A stretch of DNA of 64,000 bases from a virus. This document shows positions 19,913-30,375 of the stretch, one piece after another. Below the pieces are notes generated by a model that was given only the letters and a program-made list of their open reading frames with translations, was not told the origin of the DNA and made no database searches. A program made the position numbers and the translations under genes. The DNA lies in the IMG/VR virus record IMGVR_UViG_3300029267_002792; one strand, given 5' to 3'. Numbering within the stretch: the first letter of the stretch is position 1; every line of letters begins with the position of its first letter.

Positions 19913-20772
19913 TCGGAATCCTCCATAGCCTCGGCCGCCTTCTCCAAAGCGTCCATCCCGTACTCAATCAACCACGTCTTGGCATCTATGACTACAAGCC
20001 GCTTCCCCATCAAGCGCTCGAACTTCGCCAGGAAAACGAGATGCCGATGTGGGTCGTCCGGACGCTTGAAGTCGTTCGTGCTGAGGAAGTCAGTGCAAAT
20101 GAGGTCGAGACAGTGCCCCGACTTGGTGGAGTTTGCGAGCTGCTTTGCTCGATCCAAAGCCATCTCGATATTCGCCTTCTGTTCGGGCGTGAGGCGGAAC
20201 TTCAGATCCTTGAATCGCCCAATGTCGTCCGGAGGGTCTACGCCTTTGAACTCGTCGTCCTCGTCCTCGTCTACTGTACCGACAGCTGCCGCCTGGTCAT
20301 GCTTCTCTTGGTCCTTGAGAGCCCGCCGAACGGCTTCGCACAGCTCGTTGTAATTCAGATGCTCCGCCACCTCCACCCACTTCTCCGCATTGTGCTCGTC
20401 GAGCACCCGTATCAACTCACGAACCTTCGTCCACCCCAGGGCGATGATCTTCCGGCGAGCGCGGTCGTCGAGCTTCCCTCCGAGTGTAACATGGAGATGG
20501 TGCCAGATAGCCTTTAGGACCTCCGCCTTCCGGCGCCGAATTCCCAGCTCCTCCTCCGCCCACTGGACATAACTGTCGTACCCCCAAGCCACCGTCACAC
20601 AGGCGTTGTGGCGCTCCCCGTTGATCGGCGTGGACCACACCGTGTGCAGGATTTCAGCCAGCTCCATGTACCCCTGGTCGATCGACTTGACGAGCATCCT
20701 CGCTCTACGTCGGATCTTCGTACCCCAGTTTTCCGTACCGGGAGCATCGGCTATCGAAGCGACGGCACTCAT
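19909..20772 (-). CDS. hypothetical protein
   Basis: 287-aa ORF in coupled operon. Confidence 0.6.
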   Translation of the reverse strand: MSAVASIADAPGTENWGTKIRRRARMLVKSIDQGYMELAEILHTVWSTPINGERHNACVTVAWGYDSYVQWAEEELGIRRRKAEVLKAIWHHLHVTLGGKLDDRARRKIIALGWTKVRELIRVLDEHNAEKWVEVAEHLNYNELCEAVRRALKDQEKHDQAAAVGTVDEDEDDEFKGVDPPDDIGRFKDLKFRLTPEQKANIEMALDRAKQLANSTKSGHCLDLICTDFLSTNDFKRPDDPHRHLVFLAKFERLMGKRLVVIDAKTWLIEYGMDALEKAAEAMEDSE

Positions 20773-21080
20773 TCGCGACCTTCCTTCACAAATACGATTT
20801 CCCTCGCCCGGATTTCAGTGAGCCGCCCGTACTTACCGTCCCGGTTCATCAGCTCCCCATCCACGATCACGTAACCCCCGCACATCAGCTGACCCCGACA
20901 AACCTTGATCAGCGCATCGAGGTACACATTCACCTTCACCCACGCCGTGATGGTGGTACCGTTCGCCACTCGATCCGACGCCATGGTGAAGGACAACGCC
21001 GACCCCCCACCTGGCATCGTCCCGTAGTGGATATCCCGAGACACATTGCCAGATATGATCGTACGATTTATACCTCTCAC
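20769..21080 (-). CDS. ssb: bacterial-type single-stranded DNA-binding protein
   Basis: INRTIISGNV...FTMA...W..V...G..V.V.GEL OB-fold pattern. Confidence 0.8.
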   Translation of the reverse strand: MRGINRTIISGNVSRDIHYGTMPGGGSALSFTMASDRVANGTTITAWVKVNVYLDALIKVCRGQLMCGGYVIVDGELMNRDGKYGRLTEIRAREIVFVKEGRE

Positions 21081-21084
21081 CTTC

Positions 21085-21666
21085 TCACCCAGACATCCCC
21101 CGTGCCATCTTCAGCACATCCGTATCGAGGCATGTCACCACAGCTCCGGCCGCATCGAATCCGTGCTCCCACTGCCCATTAGGCTGGGGAGGCTTTCGCG
21201 CCGGAAACCGAGTCTTGAAAGCATCGAACTGCCCCGGGTACCTGCCCTCCATCACACGTCGTACATCCTCCTTGGAGGCCGATTTGTCGTCGCACAGCGC
21301 CTTCTTGATCTCTTGCGGGCTGGCCTGAACCAACGGAAGCTGGTGCACAAGGCACAAATCCGCAACCACACCCCACGCCAAAGCAAGCTTCACAGCCGCA
21401 CTGGCATTCCTCGGGTAGGAAGCCGACTCGGCAGCGAACACCATCGGGCAGTACTCTCGCACGATTTCATGTAGGACAGCCCCGATAGCTTGGGATCTCC
21501 GAAAATTGTCATCCGCTACCTTGACCCCGCGCTTCTTCGCCGAAGGCTGCGTCCGGATGACATCCGTCCGAACGATCTCCTCATACGAGTCCCTCAGCCG
21601 TACGACACTGAACCCGAACGAAGCAAAACCAGGGTCTGCCCCCAAAATAAAAACTTCACGTCCCAT
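21085..21666 (-). CDS. ruvC: RuvC-like Holliday junction resolvase
   Basis: ILGADPG, AAES, ASKEDV, HGFDAAGA. Confidence 0.85.
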   Translation of the reverse strand: MGREVFILGADPGFASFGFSVVRLRDSYEEIVRTDVIRTQPSAKKRGVKVADDNFRRSQAIGAVLHEIVREYCPMVFAAESASYPRNASAAVKLALAWGVVADLCLVHQLPLVQASPQEIKKALCDDKSASKEDVRRVMEGRYPGQFDAFKTRFPARKPPQPNGQWEHGFDAAGAVVTCLDTDVLKMARGMSG

Positions 21667-22060
21667 CCGTCCCTCCGAACTTCGCCATCAGCGCTCGCTG
21701 TGCAGCCACACGTGAAGTCACTGCGATAGAAGCCAAAATGCGATCAGCGTCCGAACAAGACCAGAGTCTGCCGGCGTCATCTCTTCTAAAGATCTCCCTG
21801 GATGTTAACTCCACCGCGCGGAGCATCTTATCCACATCCGTCCGCCTAGCCCTCCCCCAGTCCGACTGATATAGCCAACAGAGCGAGCAGACCGGCTGAC
21901 CCTTCTTCTGTGCACCATCCTCGAAGACCTCCCACACCGACTGCATCTTGTCGCACCATGAGCAGGCGTGCCCCCACAGCGCCGGGGGTAGGGGGCGCAC
22001 TACCTTCGGATCGATAATCAAGGGTTGGTGGGACCTGCGAACTTCAAGACCGTCGCTCAT
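21656..22060 (-). CDS. hypothetical Zn-finger protein
   Basis: CxxC...CxxC; start trimmed. Confidence 0.45.
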   Translation of the reverse strand: MSDGLEVRRSHQPLIIDPKVVRPLPPALWGHACSWCDKMQSVWEVFEDGAQKKGQPVCSLCWLYQSDWGRARRTDVDKMLRAVELTSREIFRRDDAGRLWSCSDADRILASIAVTSRVAAQRALMAKFGGTDGT

Positions 22061-22905
22061 CACGCGGCCTCCCGGAAGCACTGCCTCGCTACCGAGCACA
22101 CCTCGGCCCGCTTACAGTCCGGAGAGGCGCAAATGCGATCAGGGAGCTTCCCCCCTTCAACCCCGGTCCAGATAGCGCGTATCAAATTCTGAATGGCCTC
22201 GACGTGGTCATCATCGTACTCGATGGTGTGCTCGATCAGTCCCCGCATTCCAACGGTGCCCTTGTCCCAGTAGAGAACCTTCCCCCATCGGCAGTCGGTC
22301 ATCCACATGTAGCACTGAATCTGGGCCACGTGGTCCAGCTTCGCACAGTTACGGACCTCGTAGGCACCTCGGGGGCTGATCGACTTCACCTCGAGAAGAC
22401 CCAGACCCGGCATCCCGGAAAGGCGAATGAAGCCGTCAGGGTGACCGGCTATGCGGTATTCCGGTTCCTTCACCCACTGCTCCTGATAGAGACTGTTGTC
22501 GGATGTCAAGCCAGTCTTACACTCTGGGCAGACCTTTGGACGCAGAATCTGCGAGGACTCAAAGCCTTCCATGTCCGCGCCGTCCCACTCATCCTTCCCA
22601 CCCAAATACGCCCCGCAAGACCCACACAACCACCGACCATAGAGAGTTTTCGTCAGGGGTAAGATCCGATTCTGCAAGTCCCAATGCAGACCATTGCCGT
22701 GCTCGAAGATCATCATGAGGTCGGCGTCGACCGCGTCTTCCCTCACAATCCCGTACCGGACACATAGGATCTCCTCCCGCGCACACATCATCGCGAGCCC
22801 AGATACTCGAATCCACATGTCGTGAGTCAGAGGAGGTTTGTCTCGTCGCTCAGGTATTGCCTTCCGGATCAGCGCTCGGAGGTCCCCATGAGCTTCCTTA
22901 CCCAT
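22060..22905 (-). CDS. Cas4/AddB-like PD-(D/E)xK exonuclease
   Basis: GHPDG, LLEVKS, QIQCYM; N-terminal Cys plus C-terminal Cys cluster. Confidence 0.7.
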   Translation of the reverse strand: MGKEAHGDLRALIRKAIPERRDKPPLTHDMWIRVSGLAMMCAREEILCVRYGIVREDAVDADLMMIFEHGNGLHWDLQNRILPLTKTLYGRWLCGSCGAYLGGKDEWDGADMEGFESSQILRPKVCPECKTGLTSDNSLYQEQWVKEPEYRIAGHPDGFIRLSGMPGLGLLEVKSISPRGAYEVRNCAKLDHVAQIQCYMWMTDCRWGKVLYWDKGTVGMRGLIEHTIEYDDDHVEAIQNLIRAIWTGVEGGKLPDRICASPDCKRAEVCSVARQCFREAA

Positions 22906-23222
22906 CGTCCGACACCCTTCCCTTCGTCCGTCTCCTCACCGTCGTCAGTCTCTCCGAGCACTTCACCTAGGCCGCGATAGCACGCTCTCAACAACTCGGC
23001 GCCCTCACTATCCGTCGTCTCTTGCCCGCAACCAGAGCAAATCCACCACCCTTTGGAGGAGTCCCATTCTAGCAGCTCATCACAGACAATGCACTCCAGG
23101 TCCAGACGGAGATTTTGGTCGCTCCCGGAAAGAATCACACGCACGCGATCAAAAGCCGGCACAACAAGATGCTGGCGTATCTTCTCGAGGTGTCGGTACA
23201 GGACCGGCTTCCCGGACATCAC
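22869..23222 (-). CDS. Zn-ribbon protein
   Basis: CIVC...CSGC. Confidence 0.5.
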   Translation of the reverse strand: MMSGKPVLYRHLEKIRQHLVVPAFDRVRVILSGSDQNLRLDLECIVCDELLEWDSSKGWWICSGCGQETTDSEGAELLRACYRGLGEVLGETDDGEETDEGKGVGRWVRKLMGTSER

Positions 23223-23716
23223 TCCTCCCTCAACACAGCCAGCAACCGCTCAGCAACGTCCAGAGGAAGCATCATCCAGTCTTCCGCGTGGTTTTGCGCT
23301 TTCTCGAAGTGGAGTACCACGGTCGGGATCTTCAATCGGCGATTCGCCCCCTCGGTGACCTTCGCTAACCACACACGCTGCACCCCTATGGACTTTGTTC
23401 CAGGCTCTGCGCGCTTATGCTCGATGTGGAGATCCGGAGCCGTGATGTCCCCGCAGTCGGTAGTCGGGTCGTAGCGTGACCAAGCCATACCGCCAGAGCG
23501 TTTCAAAGCTCTACCCCCCAAGCGTTCGGCCACTTTCCGCTCCTCGCGTGTCGACCTCTTACCCCGTTCGTAATTCGGATCGAAAACCTTCGGGCGTGGC
23601 CCTACCCCGCCGTCAAAGTTGCCATCAGAACGTCGCCGTACTTTTTCTTCAGCGCCGGCTCCGCCACCATCCGCTTCAGCAGGGCAGACTTCGACTTGTA
23701 TTTCTCTCCGAGGCAT
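23219..23716 (-). CDS. PD-(D/E)xK nuclease, Hjc-like (start uncertain)
   Basis: ERKVAERLGG, GDIT..DLHIEHK, PTVVLH. Confidence 0.55.
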   Translation of the reverse strand: MPRREIQVEVCPAEADGGGAGAEEKVRRRSDGNFDGGVGPRPKVFDPNYERGKRSTREERKVAERLGGRALKRSGGMAWSRYDPTTDCGDITAPDLHIEHKRAEPGTKSIGVQRVWLAKVTEGANRRLKIPTVVLHFEKAQNHAEDWMMLPLDVAERLLAVLREE

Positions 23717-24705
23717 ACCCAGCCACTCCCTTCCTTCCGAACCAGGCTCACCCTGATCCCCATATCCACCATGGCCGGCTCGTCGTAGACCTCGCCCTTC
23801 CGCTTGATCGTGGTGTCAGCCAGCATTAGCCGCCACTCCCCCTCAATCTTCGCCCCTGCTGACTTGTTCTTCTCCACCCTGAACGACAAATCCACGTGTA
23901 TGGGCCTCCCTGTCGTCTCATCCATCTCGTACTTGCCACCGTACGTCTTAGTCTCGGTAGTAGCTGAGAACCCAGGAGCTAGGCCCCCAGGCTGAGTCTC
24001 GGGGTTACCGAACAGAAGCCCAACCTTCATCCGAATCTGATTCGTGAACAGCAGAGTGGGCCTGCGACCGGTCACACTTCCCATGTGGTTCAACGCAGCC
24101 CCGAACTTGCGGATACCTCGACCCAGCACCCGAGCCTGCTCGGCCTGTAAGGCCTTAGCCGTCGACTCTTCGATCTCCTTGGCAGGAGTAAGAAAGGCCA
24201 AAGAATCGATAACGAGGAAGTCCACATCCCCAGACCGGAGTAGCGCTTCGGCAATGTCAAGGGTCTGCTCCGCGTACTCAGGCACCGACAACAGCACCCG
24301 ATCGGGGTTCACACCGTGGAGGCGAGCCCACTCGTGGTCCCACGAGCCTTCTACGTCCAGAAAGGCGCAAAGGGTTTCACGGAAATCTCCGCACGAGCAC
24401 TCGCCAGTCTCTTCATCCGGAAAGGTGTAGCAGTTGGCACACATCTTCTGAGCGTTACCCATAGCCCGGAAGCACAGCACCGTCTTACCCGTGCTCTTGT
24501 GTCCCCAGATTATGTTGGCTCGCCCCGCCGGGAACCCGCCGCCTCCGAGCGCGTAGTCGTAGAAAAAGATCCCTGTAGGTATGCGGGGAACGCTCTTGAT
24601 CCGGAACTCGTCAGCCGGAGTCAGAATGTTGCTCCCGTGCTTCTTCTTGATCTTCTTGATCAACTCGCTCGACATGAGCGCCTTGAGACGATCTTCAGCC
24701 ATCAA
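23602..24705 (-). CDS. recA: RecA-family recombinase
   Basis: IPTGIFFYDYALGGGG, GHKSTGKT, FLDVEG, VIDSLA, LLFTNQIR. Confidence 0.92.
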   Translation of the reverse strand: MMAEDRLKALMSSELIKKIKKKHGSNILTPADEFRIKSVPRIPTGIFFYDYALGGGGFPAGRANIIWGHKSTGKTVLCFRAMGNAQKMCANCYTFPDEETGECSCGDFRETLCAFLDVEGSWDHEWARLHGVNPDRVLLSVPEYAEQTLDIAEALLRSGDVDFLVIDSLAFLTPAKEIEESTAKALQAEQARVLGRGIRKFGAALNHMGSVTGRRPTLLFTNQIRMKVGLLFGNPETQPGGLAPGFSATTETKTYGGKYEMDETTGRPIHVDLSFRVEKNKSAGAKIEGEWRLMLADTTIKRKGEVYDEPAMVDMGIRVSLVRKEGSGWVCLGEKYKSKSALLKRMVAEPALKKKYGDVLMATLTAG

Positions 24706-24710
24706 GCCTC

Positions 24711-25196
24711 CTAAAACAGGTCCGTTCCCGGCCCTCGTCGCTTTTGCAGCTCCTCAGCACGCGCCTTCCCCAGCTCAATCTGATCGAGGAGCCGCTCTGC
24801 TGCTGTCTTCACCGCGAACTTCCAGGCTGCCTCGTGTTCCTCGCGGTAGTGCGGAACGTCCACACCGACCTGGACAGATAGCGACCAAAAATTCCCCAGG
24901 TTGACTGTGTGATTCACACGGAGACTCGTTCGGGCCGGCTCGACATGGAAATCTTGAACTTGGATCTCCTCAACCTCCTCATCCGGAGACGTGACCAGGT
25001 CCCCGTCTTCTTTGTACATGCGACGGACTGTCAGGACCAGAGGTTCGGCGAGAACAGCGCCCCCCTCATCGGTCAACAGCCCCTCCATCGCCTCGCGATC
25101 CTGCTCGACCTGCCTCTCCACCGTAGGGTGGTTCTCCTCGACCGGCCTTGTTTTCATACCCCTAACCTCGCGTCCATAATTCCAAGCCTCGTCCAT
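24711..25196 (-). CDS. hypothetical protein
   Basis: 161-aa ORF in operon. Confidence 0.55.
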   Translation of the reverse strand: MDEAWNYGREVRGMKTRPVEENHPTVERQVEQDREAMEGLLTDEGGAVLAEPLVLTVRRMYKEDGDLVTSPDEEVEEIQVQDFHVEPARTSLRVNHTVNLGNFWSLSVQVGVDVPHYREEHEAAWKFAVKTAAERLLDQIELGKARAEELQKRRGPGTDLF

Positions 25197-25951
25197 CCGT
25201 CCACAATCTCATCATGGAAGTCATCCCACTCTGATCGCCCCCGAATCGTTCCCCCGCGTTTATCAAACGCGGCCTGAACGACCTCGATCATGTCCAACGT
25301 GTAGAGCCGGTACTCCAGCGCCGACAACACGAAAGGTGTTCTGGGCAGCACCCCTCGTTTCTCCATCTGTGTGATCGCAACCACCGTCCGTCCAACTGCC
25401 TTGGCAAGCGTACCTACCTTGTACAACCGCAACCGCACCGGCTCATCAACCCCCTGGAAACACACCTCCCGCTCCACATATGGAGGGCGTGCCTTCGCCC
25501 GCAGCACCCCCACATTGAGTTTTCCAGCCTTCCTCAGAGCACGCTGCACAGACTCGACCATCTCCAAGGTGTAAAGGCGATCCCCCTTTTTCGAGCGATA
25601 CGGAGTCTCGGGAAGCGTCCCGTTTTTTTCCCACACGCGAATCGTGGATATGCCCTTACCTGTAGCCTTGGCCAGAGCCCCAATGGTGAACATGCGCACC
25701 TTGACCCCGTCGACCTCGATTTCCACTGTCTTCCACGATCCAGACGCCTTCATCTTCACAGCCCCACGTGCCTCACGCTCTTCCTCATCAGCCTTCGCCC
25801 GCCGCCGCTCGCGAGCCAACTGATTCCACTTCTGAACCTTGGCCCGGTATTCCGGATCGTTCGCATAACGCTCTCGGCGGCGCTCATTCAAGTCGCCCCG
25901 GTTGCTCTCGTACCACTCCTGAAAATAACCTTGAGTTTTCCCAGCCTGCAT
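25154..25951 (-). CDS. tandem MerR-like HTH DNA-binding protein
   Basis: Two copies of (F/Y)xIG.LAKA.G....IR.WEK.G.LP...R.YT. Confidence 0.7.
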   Translation of the reverse strand: MQAGKTQGYFQEWYESNRGDLNERRRERYANDPEYRAKVQKWNQLARERRRAKADEEEREARGAVKMKASGSWKTVEIEVDGVKVRMFTIGALAKATGKGISTIRVWEKNGTLPETPYRSKKGDRLYTLEMVESVQRALRKAGKLNVGVLRAKARPPYVEREVCFQGVDEPVRLRLYKVGTLAKAVGRTVVAITQMEKRGVLPRTPFVLSALEYRLYTLDMIEVVQAAFDKRGGTIRGRSEWDDFHDEIVDGWTRLGIMDARLGV

Positions 25952-25981
25952 CCTTCACGTCTACCAAATAAGGCTCGATTG

Positions 25982-27319
25982 TCAAGTCACCTTCCGGTAG
26001 AACCGGTCTCGCTTCCTCCCCATCGCCTCGAACATGGGAACCGCGTCGTCCCGGAAATCCACAACAATTGGGTCCTTCTTCCCTCCACATGGACGCAGGA
26101 TGCGCCCCACGGCCTGCTCCACATCACTCATAGGTGTAGTCAGAAACAGCGTATCCAAAGCCGGTATGTCTAGCCCCTCGGCAGCATACTGCACCGTGGC
26201 GAAGATCACCTTTGCCTGCGCCGACCTCTCTAGCTGAGCCTTCGTGCGACCTCCCACGTACTGACCCACCGAGACCTCCCCAGCTACCGATGGCCACAGC
26301 TTCCGAATCTCCGACTCAAGACGCTGAAGATGGTTCAAGCGCTCGCTTAGCACCAGGACCTTCCTACCAGCCACCAGGGCGGAAATGAGCTGATCGACGA
26401 TCAGATCGTTTCGATACCGACTCGCGCACAGAAACCGCAGTAGCAACGAACGGGGAGCAAGATGCGGATTGAATCTGTCTGTCTTCACGAGTTTGAACTT
26501 GGACCAGACCCGCTTCACGATGGGCTTCAGACGCTCCTCTTTCCCAGCGAAAACGATCGGACCGATGTGCTGCCAGAAGACATCGTCCGCGCCGTCCTTG
26601 CGCCGGGGCGTGGCCGTAAACCCAAGGCGGTACTTCGCACGGAAACGAGGCGGTACGGGAGCCCACGTGCGTGCGCCTATTCGATGGCACTCGTCCACGA
26701 TAATGAGCCCAGGCCACCCCCAGAGTTCCTCAGGGTAGCGCTGCTCCCCACCGAGGGAGTGCACCATGCCCATAACAACCGTCTTGCCGGAAAAGTCGCA
26801 ATCGTCCTGCTGGACCCTACCGATCTTCGCAGCTGGAAGAAACTTCCCGATCCGATCGGTCCACTGATCCATCAAGAACTCTTTGTGGACCACCACGAGG
26901 GTGGGAACACCTAGCTTCGCCGCTATCGCCAGAGCGCAGACAGTTTTCCCCCAACCCGGCTTCGCCTGGACAATGCCCCCCAATCGCCCGGCCAAGAACA
27001 TGCTGACGACCTCGTCTCTGGCCACCTTCTGCTCAGGGCGGAGAGTCCCGACAAACTCCGCCGGCCACCAGTCTGACGAACCTTTAGTAACTTGCAGGTC
27101 AACTCGGTGAACCGGTCGCCTATTCGAGAAGAAGAACTCGCGTGGCACCCCAAAAACGCCGTCTCCGTGCTCGTAAAGCGGAATGGGCTTCGGGTCCTCG
27201 CCAGGGTAGTCGCCGACCTTCTGGGGGTAGACCGTGAGCATACTTTCCATGTTCACGATCTGGTGCGGAGTCAGCTCCGACTTCGGCAACCACGCCCACC
27301 CATCCACGCGCACATCCAC
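25982..27319 (-). CDS. superfamily 2 helicase (UvsW/XPB-like)
   Basis: PGWGKT, IVDECH, GFTATP, AEGLDIP, EQAVGRILR. Confidence 0.9.
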   Translation of the reverse strand: MDVRVDGWAWLPKSELTPHQIVNMESMLTVYPQKVGDYPGEDPKPIPLYEHGDGVFGVPREFFFSNRRPVHRVDLQVTKGSSDWWPAEFVGTLRPEQKVARDEVVSMFLAGRLGGIVQAKPGWGKTVCALAIAAKLGVPTLVVVHKEFLMDQWTDRIGKFLPAAKIGRVQQDDCDFSGKTVVMGMVHSLGGEQRYPEELWGWPGLIIVDECHRIGARTWAPVPPRFRAKYRLGFTATPRRKDGADDVFWQHIGPIVFAGKEERLKPIVKRVWSKFKLVKTDRFNPHLAPRSLLLRFLCASRYRNDLIVDQLISALVAGRKVLVLSERLNHLQRLESEIRKLWPSVAGEVSVGQYVGGRTKAQLERSAQAKVIFATVQYAAEGLDIPALDTLFLTTPMSDVEQAVGRILRPCGGKKDPIVVDFRDDAVPMFEAMGRKRDRFYRKVT

Positions 27320-27320
27320 A

Positions 27321-27560
27321 TCAGCCTCCTGAAATGAACCGTCCCCGTGCCTGTTTCAGCTCCTGAGTACGTTGGTATCGCACTTCACCGACAACTGACT
27401 CGTACCAGTTCTCCGGGGGTGCCCTCATCGTTCCTTGGGCTTGCCATGTGAGATCAATCAGGCGCCGCCGATTGGACACCAGGTCGTGCACAGCAACTTC
27501 CATCCGACACTTCCCGAAGTGGAACCTGACAAACAAGAGCTGTAGTGGCTTACGACCCAT
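27321..27560 (-). CDS. hypothetical protein
   Basis: 79-aa ORF in operon. Confidence 0.45.
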   Translation of the reverse strand: MGRKPLQLLFVRFHFGKCRMEVAVHDLVSNRRRLIDLTWQAQGTMRAPPENWYESVVGEVRYQRTQELKQARGRFISGG

Positions 27561-27693
27561 GACACCCCTGCGTACAATGGACGTACTACCACGGCTTCGC
27601 CCGGCCGCGGCTGAGGTCGCCCCTCAATTCTACGCTAGCCTGCTGCTCACGCGCGCTCCCAGCAAGCCCTCGACCTCTGCCCAAACTCTAAGA

Positions 27694-28485
27694 TCAGAAG
27701 GGGACGTCCTCCTCACGCGCAGCGCCCTTGCCCGACGACCTCGGGGCCTTCGAGCCCTTGTCGTCGTCATCCTCCTGCACGCCGCTGAGGAGCAACCGGA
27801 GTTCCTTCGGAGGCTTCGGCTTCAAAGTCTCGAAGTAGTTGAATGGGGGTATGACCCTCGGCAGCGTTCCGTCCTCATTCGGCTTGATCTGGAACGCGCG
27901 CTGCAAGCGAGCCATGGCCTCCGGGTCGTTCTCAGCCGCCTCCCAGAGTTCGCTCAGCTTGGACCCGCGATAGCACACGAAATCGAACATTTTGTCCATG
28001 TTCGCATCACGCACGAAGTCCCAATCGTCGCCAATGTTGGCCGCGTTGTCGTCCTCACGGGTGAGGCGCCACATGGTTCCAACCAGAGAACCACGATCGT
28101 CCTTCTTCCGACGGAACTTCTTCAAGGACCGCAGCTTCATCGGCACCAGCCGCATTTCGTACTGGTGCATGTTCCCGCGCTGATCCTTCCACTCCGAGCA
28201 GTCGACCGCAGTCACGTACCCAACGTAGTAGCGACTCTTAGGCCCGAGCCGTTGGCAGCACACGACCTCATCGTAAACTCCCTGAAGACACGTCATCCAG
28301 TTGCGGTAGGTGCCGTTCATCTTCGGGTTGTGCTCGTGGATACAAACAGGCTCGTCATCAACCCAGACCACGTCCTTGGAACCTCCCCCAGGCATCCACA
28401 ACCGGTGCGGACCCTGAGCCTCATCGAGGCGGCGTTCCTCCTCGTTGATCCCATCAAACCCTTGTTCGTACCATCCTCCACTCAT
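27694..28485 (-). CDS. putative gp32-like phage ssDNA-binding protein
   Basis: HEH...C...CC cluster, aromatic core, acidic EEDVPF tail. Confidence 0.55.
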   Translation of the reverse strand: MSGGWYEQGFDGINEEERRLDEAQGPHRLWMPGGGSKDVVWVDDEPVCIHEHNPKMNGTYRNWMTCLQGVYDEVVCCQRLGPKSRYYVGYVTAVDCSEWKDQRGNMHQYEMRLVPMKLRSLKKFRRKKDDRGSLVGTMWRLTREDDNAANIGDDWDFVRDANMDKMFDFVCYRGSKLSELWEAAENDPEAMARLQRAFQIKPNEDGTLPRVIPPFNYFETLKPKPPKELRLLLSGVQEDDDDKGSKAPRSSGKGAAREEDVPF

Positions 28486-28538
28486 CTTGCTCTCCTCTCG
28501 ATCACGCGATCGTTTACTTGGCCACCCGGCCTATACCA

Positions 28539-29156
28539 TCAAAAGGGATGACTCTCAGGCACTCCGTCACCCTTCGCCCCTTTGACTACGACTTCACCCG
28601 TATTGGGATCGTACTTATCCCCGGTCTTGGGGTCCTCGACGAGACCCGAAGTGTCAACCTGGGAGCTGGCTTCCGCTCCGTTCCCGCCCCCGGAGTTTTC
28701 ATCCGCCTCGGCGTCCGCCATGTTAGCGTCCGCCAGCCTTCCAGCCTCCTCGAAGTCTCGATCTGCGGTGTCCTTCGCCGTGGACGGCTCGCCACCAGGC
28801 GTGGACTTCTCCGCCGGAGCCGCCTCGGTGTACTCCTCGGTGGGAGCAGGGGCCTCTTCCTTCTTCTTCGAGGTACGCTTCTTGGCTACACGCCGGGACT
28901 TCTTCGCCCCCTTCCCCTCCCCGCGCAGCTTCATGAGCAGGTTAGCCACCACCTCTTGACACTTCGGGCAGATGTCCTCGAACGAGAACAGGACGGTGAA
29001 CTTCGGCCCCTCATCCTTGCTTGTTCCGGACGTCTCCGTCACGACAAGGCCCTTCTGCTTGAAGGCCGGCACCTCGTCGCCCGATTTCAGGTACTTCTCT
29101 TGGAACGGTTTCAGGCAGCGGTCGCACTGCTGGATAGAATTAGTCCGAATCGTCAT
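28539..29156 (-). CDS. hypothetical Zn-binding protein with acidic tail
   Basis: CDRC...CPKC. Confidence 0.5.
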   Translation of the reverse strand: MTIRTNSIQQCDRCLKPFQEKYLKSGDEVPAFKQKGLVVTETSGTSKDEGPKFTVLFSFEDICPKCQEVVANLLMKLRGEGKGAKKSRRVAKKRTSKKKEEAPAPTEEYTEAAPAEKSTPGGEPSTAKDTADRDFEEAGRLADANMADAEADENSGGGNGAEASSQVDTSGLVEDPKTGDKYDPNTGEVVVKGAKGDGVPESHPF

Positions 29157-29204
29157 CTCTCACCTCCCGGCCCACGGCCGTCAAATGCCCTCAAGGCACC
29201 CAGA

Positions 29205-29233
29205 AAACTACCCGGTACCTCAGGAATTGTCAA
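29205..29233 (-). promoter_or_regulatory. sigma70-like promoter
   Basis: TTGACA-N17-TAGTTT. Confidence 0.45.
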
Positions 29234-30372
29234 GCAGTATTTAGGGGTCCCAAACGCTTCCGGAGATCAGCCGGTGTTAGGGTGTCGGCATCCCTCTTGT
29301 TCGGCATGTCAACAACGTTGATTCGCTCGATACGACGCACCTTACCCTGACCATCATCGAAAGATAGGTCTTGAAGCGTTCTGCGGTCGCGTTCCGCGGC
29401 GTCTCGCCCAGCCTTGTCCCCATCCGGAACGATGACCAGGTGATCAAACCATTGCACCAGCTTCTTTGCCTGGTGATTACTAAGATGCGTACCCATCCGG
29501 GCCAAAGTGTTTGCGTACCCGCACTGCCACGAATAGATGGCTTGGAAGAATCCCTCGAACAGGTAGCCAGTTCGGTTGTGTGTATCCCGCAGGTGCTCAC
29601 CGTACAACACCCGATCGCGCTTGAACCGGCTGTGCAAGTACTTTGGAGGCTGCCGCTTCCCGCACTCTAGGCAGTCTTTCCCGTTCTGTGGAAGGGACAC
29701 CCGACAATAAGCGCATACGCTGTCATCGAAGACCCGACCGCTGATCGCCACGAGTTTTCCATCCTCGTCCCTGATCGGGATGCACACCCGTTGATCCCTC
29801 TGATGCCACCCAAGTTCCCACGTCACCACCGCCTGCTTTGTGAGCCCCCGACCAGGCGTCCCGTGAATAGGGTCATCCGGCCGAGTTAGATACCTGAGCA
29901 CGTGAACCGGCATGTCCGCGACCATCTTAGCCAGGACTGATTCCGGCACTTCTGCCTGAGGCTCGTCATCGGGATGAACAAATGTACTCACCCGGTGCGG
30001 ATTGGGAACGTACTTGACCCTGCAACGGGTCGCCCCCTTTGCAAGGGGAATCGGACGAGGGGTGTCATCGATCTTCTCATAGGCCAGCTGATTGTGCCGG
30101 CTCAAGAAAGCAAGAAGGTCTGGTCTCGACCCCCGACGGTCTGCCTCCAGACGCCACACGAGCGGAACGAGAGGCCCATAAATCCCACACGCCAGGCACC
30201 GACAGTTGCTTTCGTCTCCCGGATCAATCGAGATGGCGAATGACGGCTGCCCGTCCTTGCCGCCACTGTGGCGATGGTCCATCGGGCACGTCGATCGCAC
30301 CCACTTAGACCCGACCGAAATCTTATGGCACCCCATCGCCTTCAGAAATTTACGAATCGCACCAACATCCAT
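29230..30372 (-). CDS. DnaG-like primase
   Basis: Zn finger CP..H...C.AC, GRVF, PKYLHS, TOPRIM LFEGFF...VPDGDKAG. Confidence 0.85.
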   Translation of the reverse strand: MDVGAIRKFLKAMGCHKISVGSKWVRSTCPMDHRHSGGKDGQPSFAISIDPGDESNCRCLACGIYGPLVPLVWRLEADRRGSRPDLLAFLSRHNQLAYEKIDDTPRPIPLAKGATRCRVKYVPNPHRVSTFVHPDDEPQAEVPESVLAKMVADMPVHVLRYLTRPDDPIHGTPGRGLTKQAVVTWELGWHQRDQRVCIPIRDEDGKLVAISGRVFDDSVCAYCRVSLPQNGKDCLECGKRQPPKYLHSRFKRDRVLYGEHLRDTHNRTGYLFEGFFQAIYSWQCGYANTLARMGTHLSNHQAKKLVQWFDHLVIVPDGDKAGRDAAERDRRTLQDLSFDDGQGKVRRIERINVVDMPNKRDADTLTPADLRKRLGPLNTA

Positions 30373-30375
30373 GCC

